A DNA stretch of 63,925 nt, the filler included, from Atractiella rhizophila (lineage: Eukaryota), in the NCBI GenBank assembly GCA_021432655.1. It is 3 parts of 3 records of this genome, joined end to end, with 100 filler letters (N's around TTAATTAATTAA, not from the genome) between each part and the next. Parts side by side here need not be neighbours in the genome. Positions count along the whole stretch, not along the records: positions 1 to 31,123 come from MU271641.1; positions 31,224 to 62,043 come from MU271653.1; 1 more part is not named here. One strand, 5' to 3'. Below the pieces are notes generated by a model. It had not been told where the DNA came from. It did not search any database and saw only the letters and a program-made list of their open reading frames with translations. Shown piece by piece: positions 22,056 to 33,747 of the stretch (positions are counted from its first letter, which is position 1; every line of letters begins with the position of its first letter). Made by a program: the position numbers and the translations under genes.

Positions 22056-22967
22056 ATGGAAGGCGGCCTCATTTACGTGCTCTGTGAGCCTGGTGAGAAA
22101 GTAAAACCAGAAGAGTTTCATGGTATGGTCTTGTGAAATGCAGTGGAAGTTAATGGTGACCTTTCTTTGTAGATTGGTTTGCTAATGAGCACGTACCCAA
22201 GAGAATGGACAAGTTCGTCTTCCTCTCTCCCAGCTTCCTCGACCAACGCAAAATAGTAACTTGCCCGAAATTCTCACCTGCACCCGCTTCCATTCGCTGG
22301 GGTCTGATCCTCCAACCCAATGGCTGGTCGTCTACGAGATCTCCAGCGTCTCCTTCTTTGAAGATCCGAGATTGCTTTCAGTCCTCACTTCCGCTTCCGA
22401 GCGCGAGAAAGAGCTTGTTAAGAATTATACGATAGTTGATGTCAGGAGAGGCGGCGAGAAGCTGCAAGACACCGGAAGTGTCCGCGAGACAAAAGGCGCT
22501 CCACCTTTCCTCGTATCGGTCGGTTTCACACCAGGAGGAGAAGAAGAGGATCTAGAGAAGTGGTATAGGGAAGAACATCTATCGATGATTTCTAAAATCC
22601 CTCACTTCAGGTTGGTTTCTTTTCGCTTCCTGCCATTTGTGATGGTGACAGTGTGGAACATTTAGACGTGGCATGAGGTTCAAAGTCACTGACTCTAAGC
22701 TTCATCAATCCGGAAAAGAAGATGAAGTGGGCAAAGCGCCGCAGTTTCTGGCCCTTTATGGTGAGTGATCTCCACCTTGAGCGATCCATTGGTTAAAGCA
22801 AATGTTTAGAATACGATCAACTTGGTCCTGAAGTGGTCGAATCTGAACAATGGAAGGCTGCACTTGAAACCCCTTGGGCGAAGAAGCACATGGCAAACAT
22901 GAAGCAGTCGGAAGTTGCTATGTGGAAACTTTACAGAGATTGGGAGAACACGGCACATAAAAAGTGA
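22056..22967 (+). CDS. EthD-like dimeric alpha/beta-barrel protein
   Basis: Two W-x3-EH motifs (DWFANEHVP, KWYREEHL); four GT-AG introns; TATATAA at ~21983. Confidence 0.78.
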
Positions 22968-24249
22968 AATCCAGTGTTGGAAACATTAAGATAGATATAC
23001 TCTTCGAACAATGTACTATTGCGAAGTTGTTTCCGCAAACAATGCCTGAGGCTCTGAGTAAGACTCCTGCTGGGGTTAAAGTGTGTAAGGAAGGAGATGA
23101 AGTCAAATACACTTCTCCAAAGCCGCCCATCTTCCATATATATTTTTTTTTGGTTAATTTAGGCGCCGGAAAATTATTGCTTGTTATAACGATCACGCTG
23201 AGACACATTGGAGATCAAAAGAGAGGTGTAAGTTGTAAAAATATAGATGTGTTGAGTATGCCGCTGAAGAATGACAAACCTATGCGCGCAATGCGACGAA
23301 AAGTAGATTACTTCCGTTGCGCCCTTCAGCAAACCAACCGAATGGAAGGGTTTTACTTCAACATTTGGAGCGAGTGCAAATGATCGCTTGTTGAGTAGAT
23401 CAATCAGATAATAATTTTACAGTTCACAAATATCGGGTCATGGGGCATAATTATTCTTGCACTTTGGACGCAAAATCGCAGAGCAGTGGAGACAGGTAGG
23501 TAAATTACAACGACCAGCAAATGAGCTTGGGCATCTTTTCTTTCCTCAGACAAGGTAACATTTCTCAGCTGCCAGGAGTTCTCCCCCATCCAAATACCCA
23601 AATCCCTTCACAATTCGCATAAACTCACTAGCCTTCCCATTTTTACACCACTTCTAAAACAGCTCCCGATGCTTGTTCGAAAGCCTGCTCTGCTGTCTCT
23701 GCAATCATTTTCGCAGTTTTTCTTCACGGTCGGCTTCAACGGCGGTGGACCTTCGGAAGAAACCGTTCCTTCCCGCGTTGGGATAATCGATTTCGTGAGC
23801 CAAGAAGATGACGGAATGACGCTGAGACGAGATTTTATTGGGATTTCGGGGGGACCATCAGGAAGCCAAGAACCGAAGTGACTGCTGAGACGCGTTGCGG
23901 TAATTTCCAAAAACAGAAATTGCCACTCGTCTCAGCTTGAGCAAATATCGCCTCGCATCTTCCAGACGTGCTACCAACGCCGTTTCTTCGCTTGCTCTCG
24001 TCTGAAAGCCTCTCCAAAATGTAGTGCACTCATAATTTGTGTCGCAAAGACCGTATGAAAGCGGTTTCATATGAGCCGATCAAATCCGGCGGTCGCGTTA
24101 CTTGCCAAGATCGGGTGAAGACCAAGTCCCGCCCAGGCTGGGAGAAGGTCCCTTTCTCTCGAATGTTGCCACAGATTCTACATCTTATAAGAGGGCCTCT
24201 GTCACTCCAAGTCTCTCCTTTCCCTTACGAATTCGTGACTCCTTTTTCT

Positions 24250-27200
24250 ATGTCGACGAATAAACACTTCCCGAGAACTTCGACGGGATTGTCTTCACAC
24301 GTGACTGATAAAACCCCAATTTCTGATCTCGAAAAACAGGAAGAGGGTAACACAGTCATTAAAGATGATTTATTTCATGATCTGCCCCATTTTATTCCTC
24401 CTAAGGAAGTCTTGGACGCTCTTAAATCCTCACTAGAGCGAGGATTAGCAAGCGACGATGCAGCCCAAAGATTGGAGAAATATGGACCGAATCGAATCAA
24501 AGAACCTCCAAAACCGTCCCTCTTCGGAGTATTTCTAAGACAGGTTCTCAATGCCATGTACGCCTTTTCTCTTTCAACTTGATGCGAATCTTAGGCAAAT
24601 CTTGACGAATAGGACCATCGTACTTCTGGGAGCAATGGCCGTCAGCTTCGGGACGCAAGATTGGATCAGTGGGGGCGTGATTGCAGCTTTGGTTATTCTA
24701 AATGTGGTGACGGGTACGACTCAAGAGTGGAAGGCGGAGAAGGTCCGTTTTTCTATCTCATCACGTGTTGTGTCAGTGGTTTGACCACAATCTTTTCGGC
24801 AGACCGTAGCCAGACTTGAAAGCGTCGGCTCCCCCATCGCTACCGTTGTCCGTCATGACCCTTCCAGTCGACGAAAAGAAGGACATGCGAGTCAAGTGGG
24901 CATTGAAACAGTTGTCCCGTTCGTCCCTCCACTCAGTCTAAAGGGATAACTAATCGAACCAAAATGTAGTGGGGACATCATAATCCTTCGCAACGGAGAT
25001 ATCGTTCCGGCAGATGCTAGGGTTATCGAGGGATCTGTAGCCACTGATGAGGCGGTATTGACTGGTGAATCTTTACCAGTTGAGAAGGACGAGACGCCAC
25101 TGTTGAAAGGACAGGACTATCCTATAGGGTACATTGCTTTTCCCTCTGTGTCTCAATCTTGTCCAAAGCTGACGTTAAATGGCACTAGCGATCGAATTAA
25201 TATGGTGTATTCCGGCACTCAAGTTACTCGTGGCCGATGTCGAGCTGTAGTCTGCTATACGGGTATGAATACCGAACTTGGAATCATTGCGAAGGAAATG
25301 CAGAGCAAAGGGGAAGGCGCTGAAAAACAAACAGTCTGGTATAAGTTCAAGAAGGGCTTGGGGGTGGTGGAGAAGAGTCCTTTGCAGATCAAGTACGGTC
25401 TTCCTTTTTTGTCGTCACGCCCCGTCCTAAATGCCCTCTGTGCTCTGTTGATGAAGGTTAAACAAAATGGCTTATTTCCTTTTCGCGTGTGCAATTGTCA
25501 TTGCCATAATTGTCCTCGCGAGTACCGCTTTCAATGACATTCGCAGGAGCACAGGTTTGTTTCTTCCCGTTTCACTGTAGCATCTGAACCAACCGTTTTT
25601 TTACAGCAACGTATGCGGTGGCAGCTGCTGTGGGTATACTCCCCGCCTCTTTGGTGGCGGTCGTTGCGGTGCGTCGAGCTTATACCAGAGTTTTCACTAG
25701 GACTGAACTTTCTGTGGGCAGTTGGTTCTCGCGAATGCTTGTAACGATTTAGCGGAGCGCAATGCTTTGGTTCGAAGACAAGATGCAGTCGAGACTCTCG
25801 CGGCTGTCGATCACGTTTGCAGCGACAAGACAGGGACGATCACGCTTGGGAAGATGGTAGTCAAGAAGGTTTGGCTGCCTGCTGAGACTGACAAAGTCAA
25901 CCTTGATGTTGGTCAAAACTATCAAGGTCGGTTTCTCTCTGAGGTGTACTCTTTGAGGTGTTTATGAACTGAGAAATATTTGCAATAGTGGAATCCGGCA
26001 GCGACGCCTTCTACCCTCGCGGTGCCGTAGCTCCTATTCGAGCGGACATGTCAAGCAGACCTGAGGATGATGATGCTGCTTGGGATGAAGACGCGGTAGA
26101 TCCGTACGCCTCTGATTTTTCTAGTCCCGGTGCTCAATGACGGGACACAGATTCGATTTGGGTTCCTTCTTAAAAGATTTCGTCCTTTGTGCTGCTCTCA
26201 ACAATAACGCAACCATACACCATGATCGCAAAAAAGACAGCTGGAACGTTGACGGTGATGCCACCGAAGCTGCACTACAGGTCGGACTTCCTCCTTCTAT
26301 TTCCTCATAGAAGCTCATGTTTAGCACAGGTTTTCGCTCACAAACTCGGACATGGCAAGCCAACTCTCCTCAAGCCTCCGTCTCAACACCCCAGCGGTAC
26401 GAGGGTTCGGCGAGTGACAACTCGCGACTCTTCCGTTCCGCCTCCACGGTCTGCTTCGCCCTCGTCAGATCGTATCCACAATGTTATCCAAGAAGGTCAC
26501 TACGAGCTTATTGTCGAGCATCTCTTCGATTCTACCGTCAAAAGGATGAGCAACGCATGGCGCTGGATCCCAGAAAATGGAGCATCTGAGGCTCCTCATA
26601 CCATAGCTTTCTTAAAAGGGGCTGTGGAACGAGTTTTGGATTCGTGTGACTTTATTGGACTGGGAAGCAAAGAGCAGTTGAATGAAGAATTGAAGAGCAA
26701 GATTCATGAAAAGGCAGAAAAGTTGGCAGAGGAAGGGCTCAGAGTCCTCTGTCTCTGCGCAAAGGTCTTGCCAGCAGATCAGTCGGATCAGATTCGGGAG
26801 ATGTCTCGCGAAGATTTCGAGAAGGATGGTTTCTGTTTCCTTGGCCTCGCAGGGTACGTTTATCTCGTTAATGTATTGTCGCCCTGAGTTTCGGTTGCTA
26901 GCATCTTTGATCCTCCCCGACCTGAATCTGCAGCTGCGATTGCTGATTCTAAACGAGCTGGAGTCCTTCCGATCATGCTCACAGGCGATCATCCCAGCAC
27001 AGCTAAATCCATTGCCATCCAAATCGGTCTGGTTCCTCGAAATCATCCACGGAATGCTGTTATGACCGGACCACAATTCGACAAACTAACGGAAGAAGAG
27101 ATTGACGCCATGCCACAACTACCCTCAGTGGTCGCAAGATGCTCTCCGTTGACTAAAGTAGGCGTCCTACAGCAGAGTCGTGTTCTTGTTAATACTGAGG

Positions 27201-28625
27201 CAGGTACGGGTTGTTGACGCAATTCACAGACGGAATAAGGCTACTATCATGACTGGTGATGGCGTTAACGATGCTCCCAGCTTGAAGAGAGCAGATGTCG
27301 GGGTCGCCATGGGCAAGAATGGATCGGACGTGGCGAAGCAAAGTGCTGAAATTGTCCTAGCAGGTATGTTGTCGCTCCCGCAGGGCGAGGGCATTATTAA
27401 GTCATGCGAAGATGACAACTTCTCCACGATCATCAGAGCGGTCAGGAAGGGGAGATCCATCTTCGACAACCTGTCCAAGTTCTTGCTATACCTACTGAGC
27501 GGAAATGTTGCGGAAGTGGTTGTGCTGCTCATCGGTCTGGCATTCCAAGACGAAGAAGGTCGCTCAGTCTTTCCTCTTTCTCCTGTTGCCGCTTTGTGGT
27601 AAGTCTCTCCGATCTGTGCACTTAAAGGTCTGATTGTTCGCTTAAAGGATCAATACTCTTGTACGTTTGACACCTCTTCTATGGCCTGGTCTCACCAGTG
27701 ACACAGTCGGCCGGACCGCCCGCTCTCTGCTTGGGTCTCGAGCCTACGGCGAAGGATACCATGTCAAAGCCTCCGTCGGTGTACAAGACGATATTTACCA
27801 TCGAGTGGTACCCGGTATGAATCTAATATCGAAGGAGTTCCCGCTCATGCTTATTAGGACCTGTTCTTTTATGGGTTTGTTATGGGGGCCTTATCTATCT
27901 TGAATTTTGGTATGTACTTTCTTATTTTATCCTCGATTGATTATTAAGTGGTCGTGTACAGTTATTGGTTCGTCTCTTATCTGGTTAGAGCGGCGACGAA
28001 TATTAATTGTGGCAATATTCTAGTCGTCTGGGCTCGAGGAAACGTGCGTCCCTGTCCCGATTGCTGAAGTTGGGCTGATTGTCTCAAAGGGAGACTTGGG
28101 AATTGACTGTAATGAGGACCACAATCCCTCTTGCGACCTTGCATACCGTGCGCGGGCTACGACCTACGCTACTCTTTGTGTCCTGTTAATGGTCCGTATT
28201 CTAACTCAGCTGCAGAACTAACTGCTGACGAGGATGTACAGATCCATGGTCTGGTGTGCAAGCATGTTGAAATGAGCCTATTCAAGATGGACCTGCTGGA
28301 TAATAAACCGCTCCTCTTCACTGTCGTTATCCTCTGCATTTCGGTCTTCCCGGTGGTATATATCCCAACGATCAACGATAAAGTGTTTCTGGTGCAGGGT
28401 TTGGGTTGGGAATGGTACGAAGCTCATTTACGTGAGACAAGTTCTAAACCTTGGAACAGGGGTATTGTCTTCGGTGCAATCGCTGTTTACATTCTAGCAG
28501 CTGAGGCATGGAAGTTTGGGCGGAGACGGTTCGCAAGGTATAAGAGGGAAGACATGGAGGGTCCTTTGGGACTTCGGATGGCAGCTACGCAAGAAGTGAG
28601 GATTTTCAATAAGGAGCAAGTGTAA
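24250..28625 (+). CDS. ENA1: P-type Na+/K+ efflux ATPase (type IID, ENA family), many exons
   Basis: LTGES, ILPASLVAV, CSDKTGT, KGAVE, MLTGDHP, TGDGVNDAPSLK, LIGLAFQD, GNGDLGIDCN. Confidence 0.9.
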
Positions 28626-28688
28626 AAGTCATAATGTTGGAACTATGTATATTGTCTATTGATGAGCAAGAACAGACCTGAAACTATT

Positions 28689-29873
28689 TTACAAACTATT
28701 GTCAATGATTTCCCTCAACAGCTTGTGCCTCGCCAAAGCGACTTCAAAGCTAGCGACATTTTCTCCTCCGCTCGCATAGTCCTCATACTCAGCTCCAACA
28801 TGAGTTGCGAATGGACTCAAGCCCACGGAACCACCATCTACTACTACATCCACCGCCTTGCGGTCTCTGATGATCCTGACTGTAGCATTCGAAACCATTG
28901 CGACCATCGCTGTATTCGGGGACGTGAACTCAATTTCGCCCTTTTCTCCTTGAATACGCCAGATCAATGCAGGAGCCCCAGGGGCGATGTCAGCGCCGGA
29001 GTAAGTGAAGGAGGCTAAGACGCCAGTCTTGAGGATTCCTTGGACAAAGACATGATCTGGCACGGTCTTAGGGGCGGTATCTTTAGTCTCGGAACGGCGA
29101 AAGGAAGGACGAGTGCTCTTCACGATGCTTGTGTGCTTTTCCCATTCGCCCAAGGTAGCACAAAAGGTGTCGAATACTGACATTCACCAATGCCGACATC
29201 AGACTCTATTATGGGAATAAAGTTTAAGACGAACTGTGACCAAGGTAGATCGTGAAAAAGTTGCTTGGAGATTCAATCTGCATCATGGGCCAGAAACGCT
29301 CGGTCATCTCTTCACTGGGTCCGAGTTGCTACAAAACAACGGTCAGGCTCCATCAAATCTTTCAAGGAAAGAGCGCACTGGAATGGTACAGTTCCAAGTG
29401 GTGCTCAAGATCTTTCCCACCTCGCCGTCCTCAACGAGCTGCTTCACTTTCTTCACCACAGGATTAAATCTCCCCTGCAATCCGACGAACGAAGACTGCA
29501 ACGCTCCACTCTTTCTCGCGACGTCCACCAATTCTTGTGCCTCGTCCAAAGATTTTGCAAGCGGCCATTCGACGAAAGCCTTCTTGCCCTTCTTCAAGGA
29601 AGGAAGCACAAGATCGTAATGCTTGTCCACGATGACTGAAACCACTACCAGATCGACATCGGAATCATCAGCGAGGTCTTGAGGCGAAGAATATATCTTG
29701 GTATCCGGAGAGAGAGAAAAGGCTTGGATCGCTGCTTTGGCCGACTCGGGAGTGCTGTTGAGGAGGCCGTGAATCGCGTATTTGGTCGATTTTTGGAGAT
29801 AGGGGAGGTGTGCTCTGGTTCCCCAGCTTCCTCCAGCAGACAAACCAACAAACGCGAGGCGAATCAGTGTCAT
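28689..29873 (-). CDS. Gfo/Idh/MocA family NAD(P)-binding oxidoreductase (Gal80-like)
   Basis: IRLAFVGLSAGGSWGTRAHLPYL, DVDLVVVSV, FVEWPLA, VGLQGR, PDHVFVQG. Confidence 0.88.
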
Positions 29874-31123
29874 GCTTTCGATGCTGAAGTTGGTGCGAAA
29901 GTGAGCCACTTAGACATTGTTGTTGGCTTGCGAGAGCTCATTTTAAAGCTCCACACGACTGCAGTGTTGAGCAAAAGGAAAGATCTTTCCGAGCCCTGTA
30001 GTAAGCGATTCTGAGAGCCTTTCGATTAATGATGACAGAGCTGGATGGTTGGAAAATTGCACGGCGTCTCCCATGTAAAATCCTTGAATTCCGAGAAGTT
30101 AGTCAGCTCTCATCAGCACGCTCCCGCCACGGATGGAGTATAGTTGACGACTTGACATGGCCGAGCAAGGTGAAGGGTGTATCTGATTACGCTTGCTTGC
30201 GCAAGCGGAGAGGCGTATATGCTAGAATGGTCACATCCGAATACGGACTGCTTTGTGATCATTCAACGGAGCGAGCTCATATTCACTGAGCGAACGAGAA
30301 GCATTGTCAGCACCATGTGAGGAACAGGGTTACCTGTTACTAGCTGTCACAGTGGCACAATGGAAACTGTTACCTACTGACTTTTGGCAGGTGAGCTGAC
30401 ATAGCGTATACAACGAGGCATCAATTCTGGAGCCGACAGTAAGTCATTCAATGAGACCACGAGAGTGACTAAGAAGTGGTTAAGTCAGGGCTCAAAGCAG
30501 GTAACGCATTCGCATTCACAACGAGAAAAGCTTAAGATGGAGAAGCATTGAAAGAACTCGCGCACCTTACATTACTTTAACCCAAAGCTTTCACTGCTTC
30601 CCATATTTGCGATCATGCTGAGACGAAGATATCACAGGAAAGCGCTGAAGTGGCACCGGCAGATTTGTGCGGGCGGATGTTTGAAGTTCAAATGCTCTAA
30701 ATCACCATGCGGAATGCGGACAATCCTGAAGCTCTGGCAACTAACCTCAACTTTGGGTGAGCCTGTGGATATCTGAGGTTAGTTGTGATACGAAGAGCAT
30801 GACTGGAGCTATCGGAGTTGAGCGGCCCTGTATGTGCAAAGGATCGGGCGTGCAGTTTCGATGAGGTGACAGCTGCACAGCGGCGCTCAGGTTGAACTGT
30901 GAGCTCTTGCCAGGGTATCTTGTTTGATTTCGCTCTGCGTGCTAGATGTAGGAATTCTGCACGATGAACTAAGAAATGCACAGGTCAGCTAAGAACAATG
31001 GCCAAGAATCATACTAGCGCTTGCCCTCTATCTGCTACCGCTTTTGCTGTGCTACTTTGAACTTCAAGTTAAACTGCAAAGCTTTGACGGACGAGACCGT
31101 TTTATAGTTTTTTGTTGCTTGGC

Positions 31124-31223
31124 NNNNNNNNNNNNNNNNNNNNNNNNNNNNNNNNNNNNNNNNNNNNTTAATTAATTAANNNNNNNNNNNNNNNNNNNNN
31201 NNNNNNNNNNNNNNNNNNNNNNN
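31124..31223. other. artificial contig spacer (N44-TTAATTAATTAA-N44)
   Basis: 100 bp with a six-frame stop linker at 31168-31179. Confidence 0.97.
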
Positions 31224-31900
31224 GGAATGCCCCAATTAAAAGTCCACCTCCAAATTGCCCTCCAAATTGGACCCGTGAGGTAGCTCATTACTTGGAAAGT
31301 CCACAGAAAGGGATAGAAAAGAAAGGGAATAAGGTGTAACAGATGAACCAACGGCGCATGCTCCGTCCCCGTCAAAGGATGTACGCTCACTGTCGGAGCT
31401 GGGGTTGGAACGGGGTGGTAAGACTGGGAGGGAGGAGGGCTCGAAGGGGGAGGATGTTGGGCTTTGAGGTTTGGCCCTGGAAGGGAAGAGGCGAAGAGCG
31501 CAGCCTGCGCATTCGCTTCGTGAATACGGTGTTGGCCATGTTGGGCTCGTAAGCGTGCGGCGTAATCCTCGACGTGCAGAGAGACCGCAATCTCGACAAG
31601 GAAGACGATGAGGAAGGCTATCCCTCCGATCCGATGTGTAAGATTCGAGAAGCGCATACTCCTCAGGATGAGGGTGTGGTTCAAGGCCAAACGTCAAACA
31701 GTCCAAGTGCAGGGTCCTGGTCACCGACGTTAGCTGTGCCTGGAAGCGGGAGGACAGTGGTTCAAGTACTTCGATGGCAAACAATAGTCCCTTTGCTTCC
31801 TCCTCGCAATGATTGACTTTGGCCTTCGTCGCAAGAGAGTGCTCTTCAGGTTGGGAGCGGTCGTGAATTTGGTTGTGAAATTCGTGACCCAGGTCCGGCG
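31224..31900 (-). CDS. hypothetical membrane protein, partial (truncated by gap)
   Basis: Hydrophobic segments IGGIAFLIVFLVEIAV and LLHLIPFLFYPFLW; apparent +1 frame change near 31690. Confidence 0.5.
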
Positions 31901-32174
31901 TCCGAATGAAAAAGTGATGGCAGGCAAAGTTACCTAATCACCTTTTGTCTTCAGTAATTCCAGGTCAGTGAACTGGTCGGGCCTGGAGCAGATGTTTTGA
32001 AGAGATCAGCAATATATTGATAATTCATTACACATTCTACATTCAACATTTCGTTCAGAACAGATATAAGAACCAAACAATGAGACCAGATATTCAATCC
32101 TTTCCATTCAGTAATACAGGATGTGTTCCTACTTTCAAAATCAGCAGCGCGTTTAGAAGTCCATCATCCCTCCC

Positions 32175-33275
32175 TTAGGATGTTGAAGGTGTCGCAGCTG
32201 CCGGTGCAACTTCTGCAGCTGCTGTGGGTGGTGGAGCGGAGGTACCAGCAGGAGCGGCATGGCCGCCATGAGCCTTCTTCTCCTCTGCGATGCGCTTCGC
32301 TTCCTCATGTACTTCGAGGACCTGTCACCGCAGGAATCTTAATAGGGGCTAACGATGAGGGCTGACAACGCACAGTCTTAGCTCCCTTAGTGTAGTACTC
32401 AGAAACCTTCTGACCATACGGAGAAGAAAGGGCTTTCTGGTAATATGAGACAGACATATCCCACGCTTTCTGACCTATCCCATTTAGTTAGAATTGATTC
32501 AGGAAGAGAGGACAAGAATAGGTACCCTTGGAGGAAACACCGCCCTTCTCATCAAGCGACTTGGCCTGGGTAGTGGCCTTCTCAACTGTTGGGTTGATAG
32601 TCTCAGTAGCCTTCTGAATATGCGGTTGTGCCTGTACGTGAAGGTGCAATGAGTATGCGCCACTCGAGTAAAGGAGATATATACCTTCTCGTTGAGCGTG
32701 TTCCACCAAGTGAGGAACTTTTGGCTGATACCGTACTTCTGATCCTGAGAGATTGCAGTATGGATGGCTTGATCACCGAGGACATATCCATGGGCCAGGT
32801 ATTCTGCAACAACTGCACGACGATCCACCATCAGTCTTGAGCTCTGCGAGGGAAATTGAGAACGCACTTGCAGTCCGCGGCTTATCGTGCTGTCCTACCT
32901 CGTCATGATCCTCTGCAGCTGGGGTAGGCGGATGGTCTCCAGCCGGTCCAGAAATGCTGAGTTAGAAACACGCATCAATTCACTATCAACTGGCACAGAT
33001 AAGAAACTGACTTGAGCACGCTGCCATCAAGTGTTCCGCCATTCAAGAATGCGGCAGTTCGGGCAGAAGTCTCTGCACGGATCCATCGCCGTCAAATCCC
33101 ATCCCACTGCGACGCAAGAACAAAGCGCACCTTTCTCGAAAGTGACCGAAGCTGATTTCTTATCCTGATCGATGGTGATTTCATTCACCTTTCCACAAAA
33201 TCCAAGGAATTTCTCTAAGGATTCTTTCGTCGTGGTAGGAGAAAGATTGGAGACTTGGATAGTGTTTTCTGCCAT
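32175..33275 (-). CDS. RRM-domain protein, Vip1-like
   Basis: IQVSNLSPTTTKESLEKFLGFCGKV RRM; VVAEYLAHGYVLGDQAI and VHEEAKRIA motifs. Confidence 0.85.
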
Positions 33276-33747
33276 GTCGTTGGAGTATTGATTTGGTGTG
33301 ATTTTGTTGTGGTCTTCGTCGTCCTCTTTATACGCCCCTGATATATGACGTCAACACCAGTTGGGAGCGTGGTGGCGCGATGACGCGTGATGTCCATCAT
33401 AACTGCGACCTTTTGCGACCCCTCGCTGATGCTCCTCTTTTTTTTTACAAGTTGTCCCGGTTGCCTTACTCAACGAGATATGTATGCACATAGTCATTAT
33501 TCCTATACTAATGCAATTTAAATACTGAATCCCTACTTTAGATCAGAGCACAAAGAAGGACAGCAGGAAGTAAAGTGTTCATGATGGACAGAAAAATGCA
33601 CTAAATGGTAAGCAGTAGGCAATGAACGGATGAGGGTGAGTTCCTCGACGGCGGTTGTCTATTAGGCGAGAACCGTGTGTGACTCGTTTTGTTGAAACGT
33701 TCCGATAGTTAAAACATTTGAGAATGTGCCTACACAACTCAATTTAC

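Noticed and set aside
31168..31179. TTAATTAATTAA palindrome inside N runs (also 62088-62099)
   Set aside because: Artificial six-frame stop linker used to join contigs; adjacency across it is not biological.
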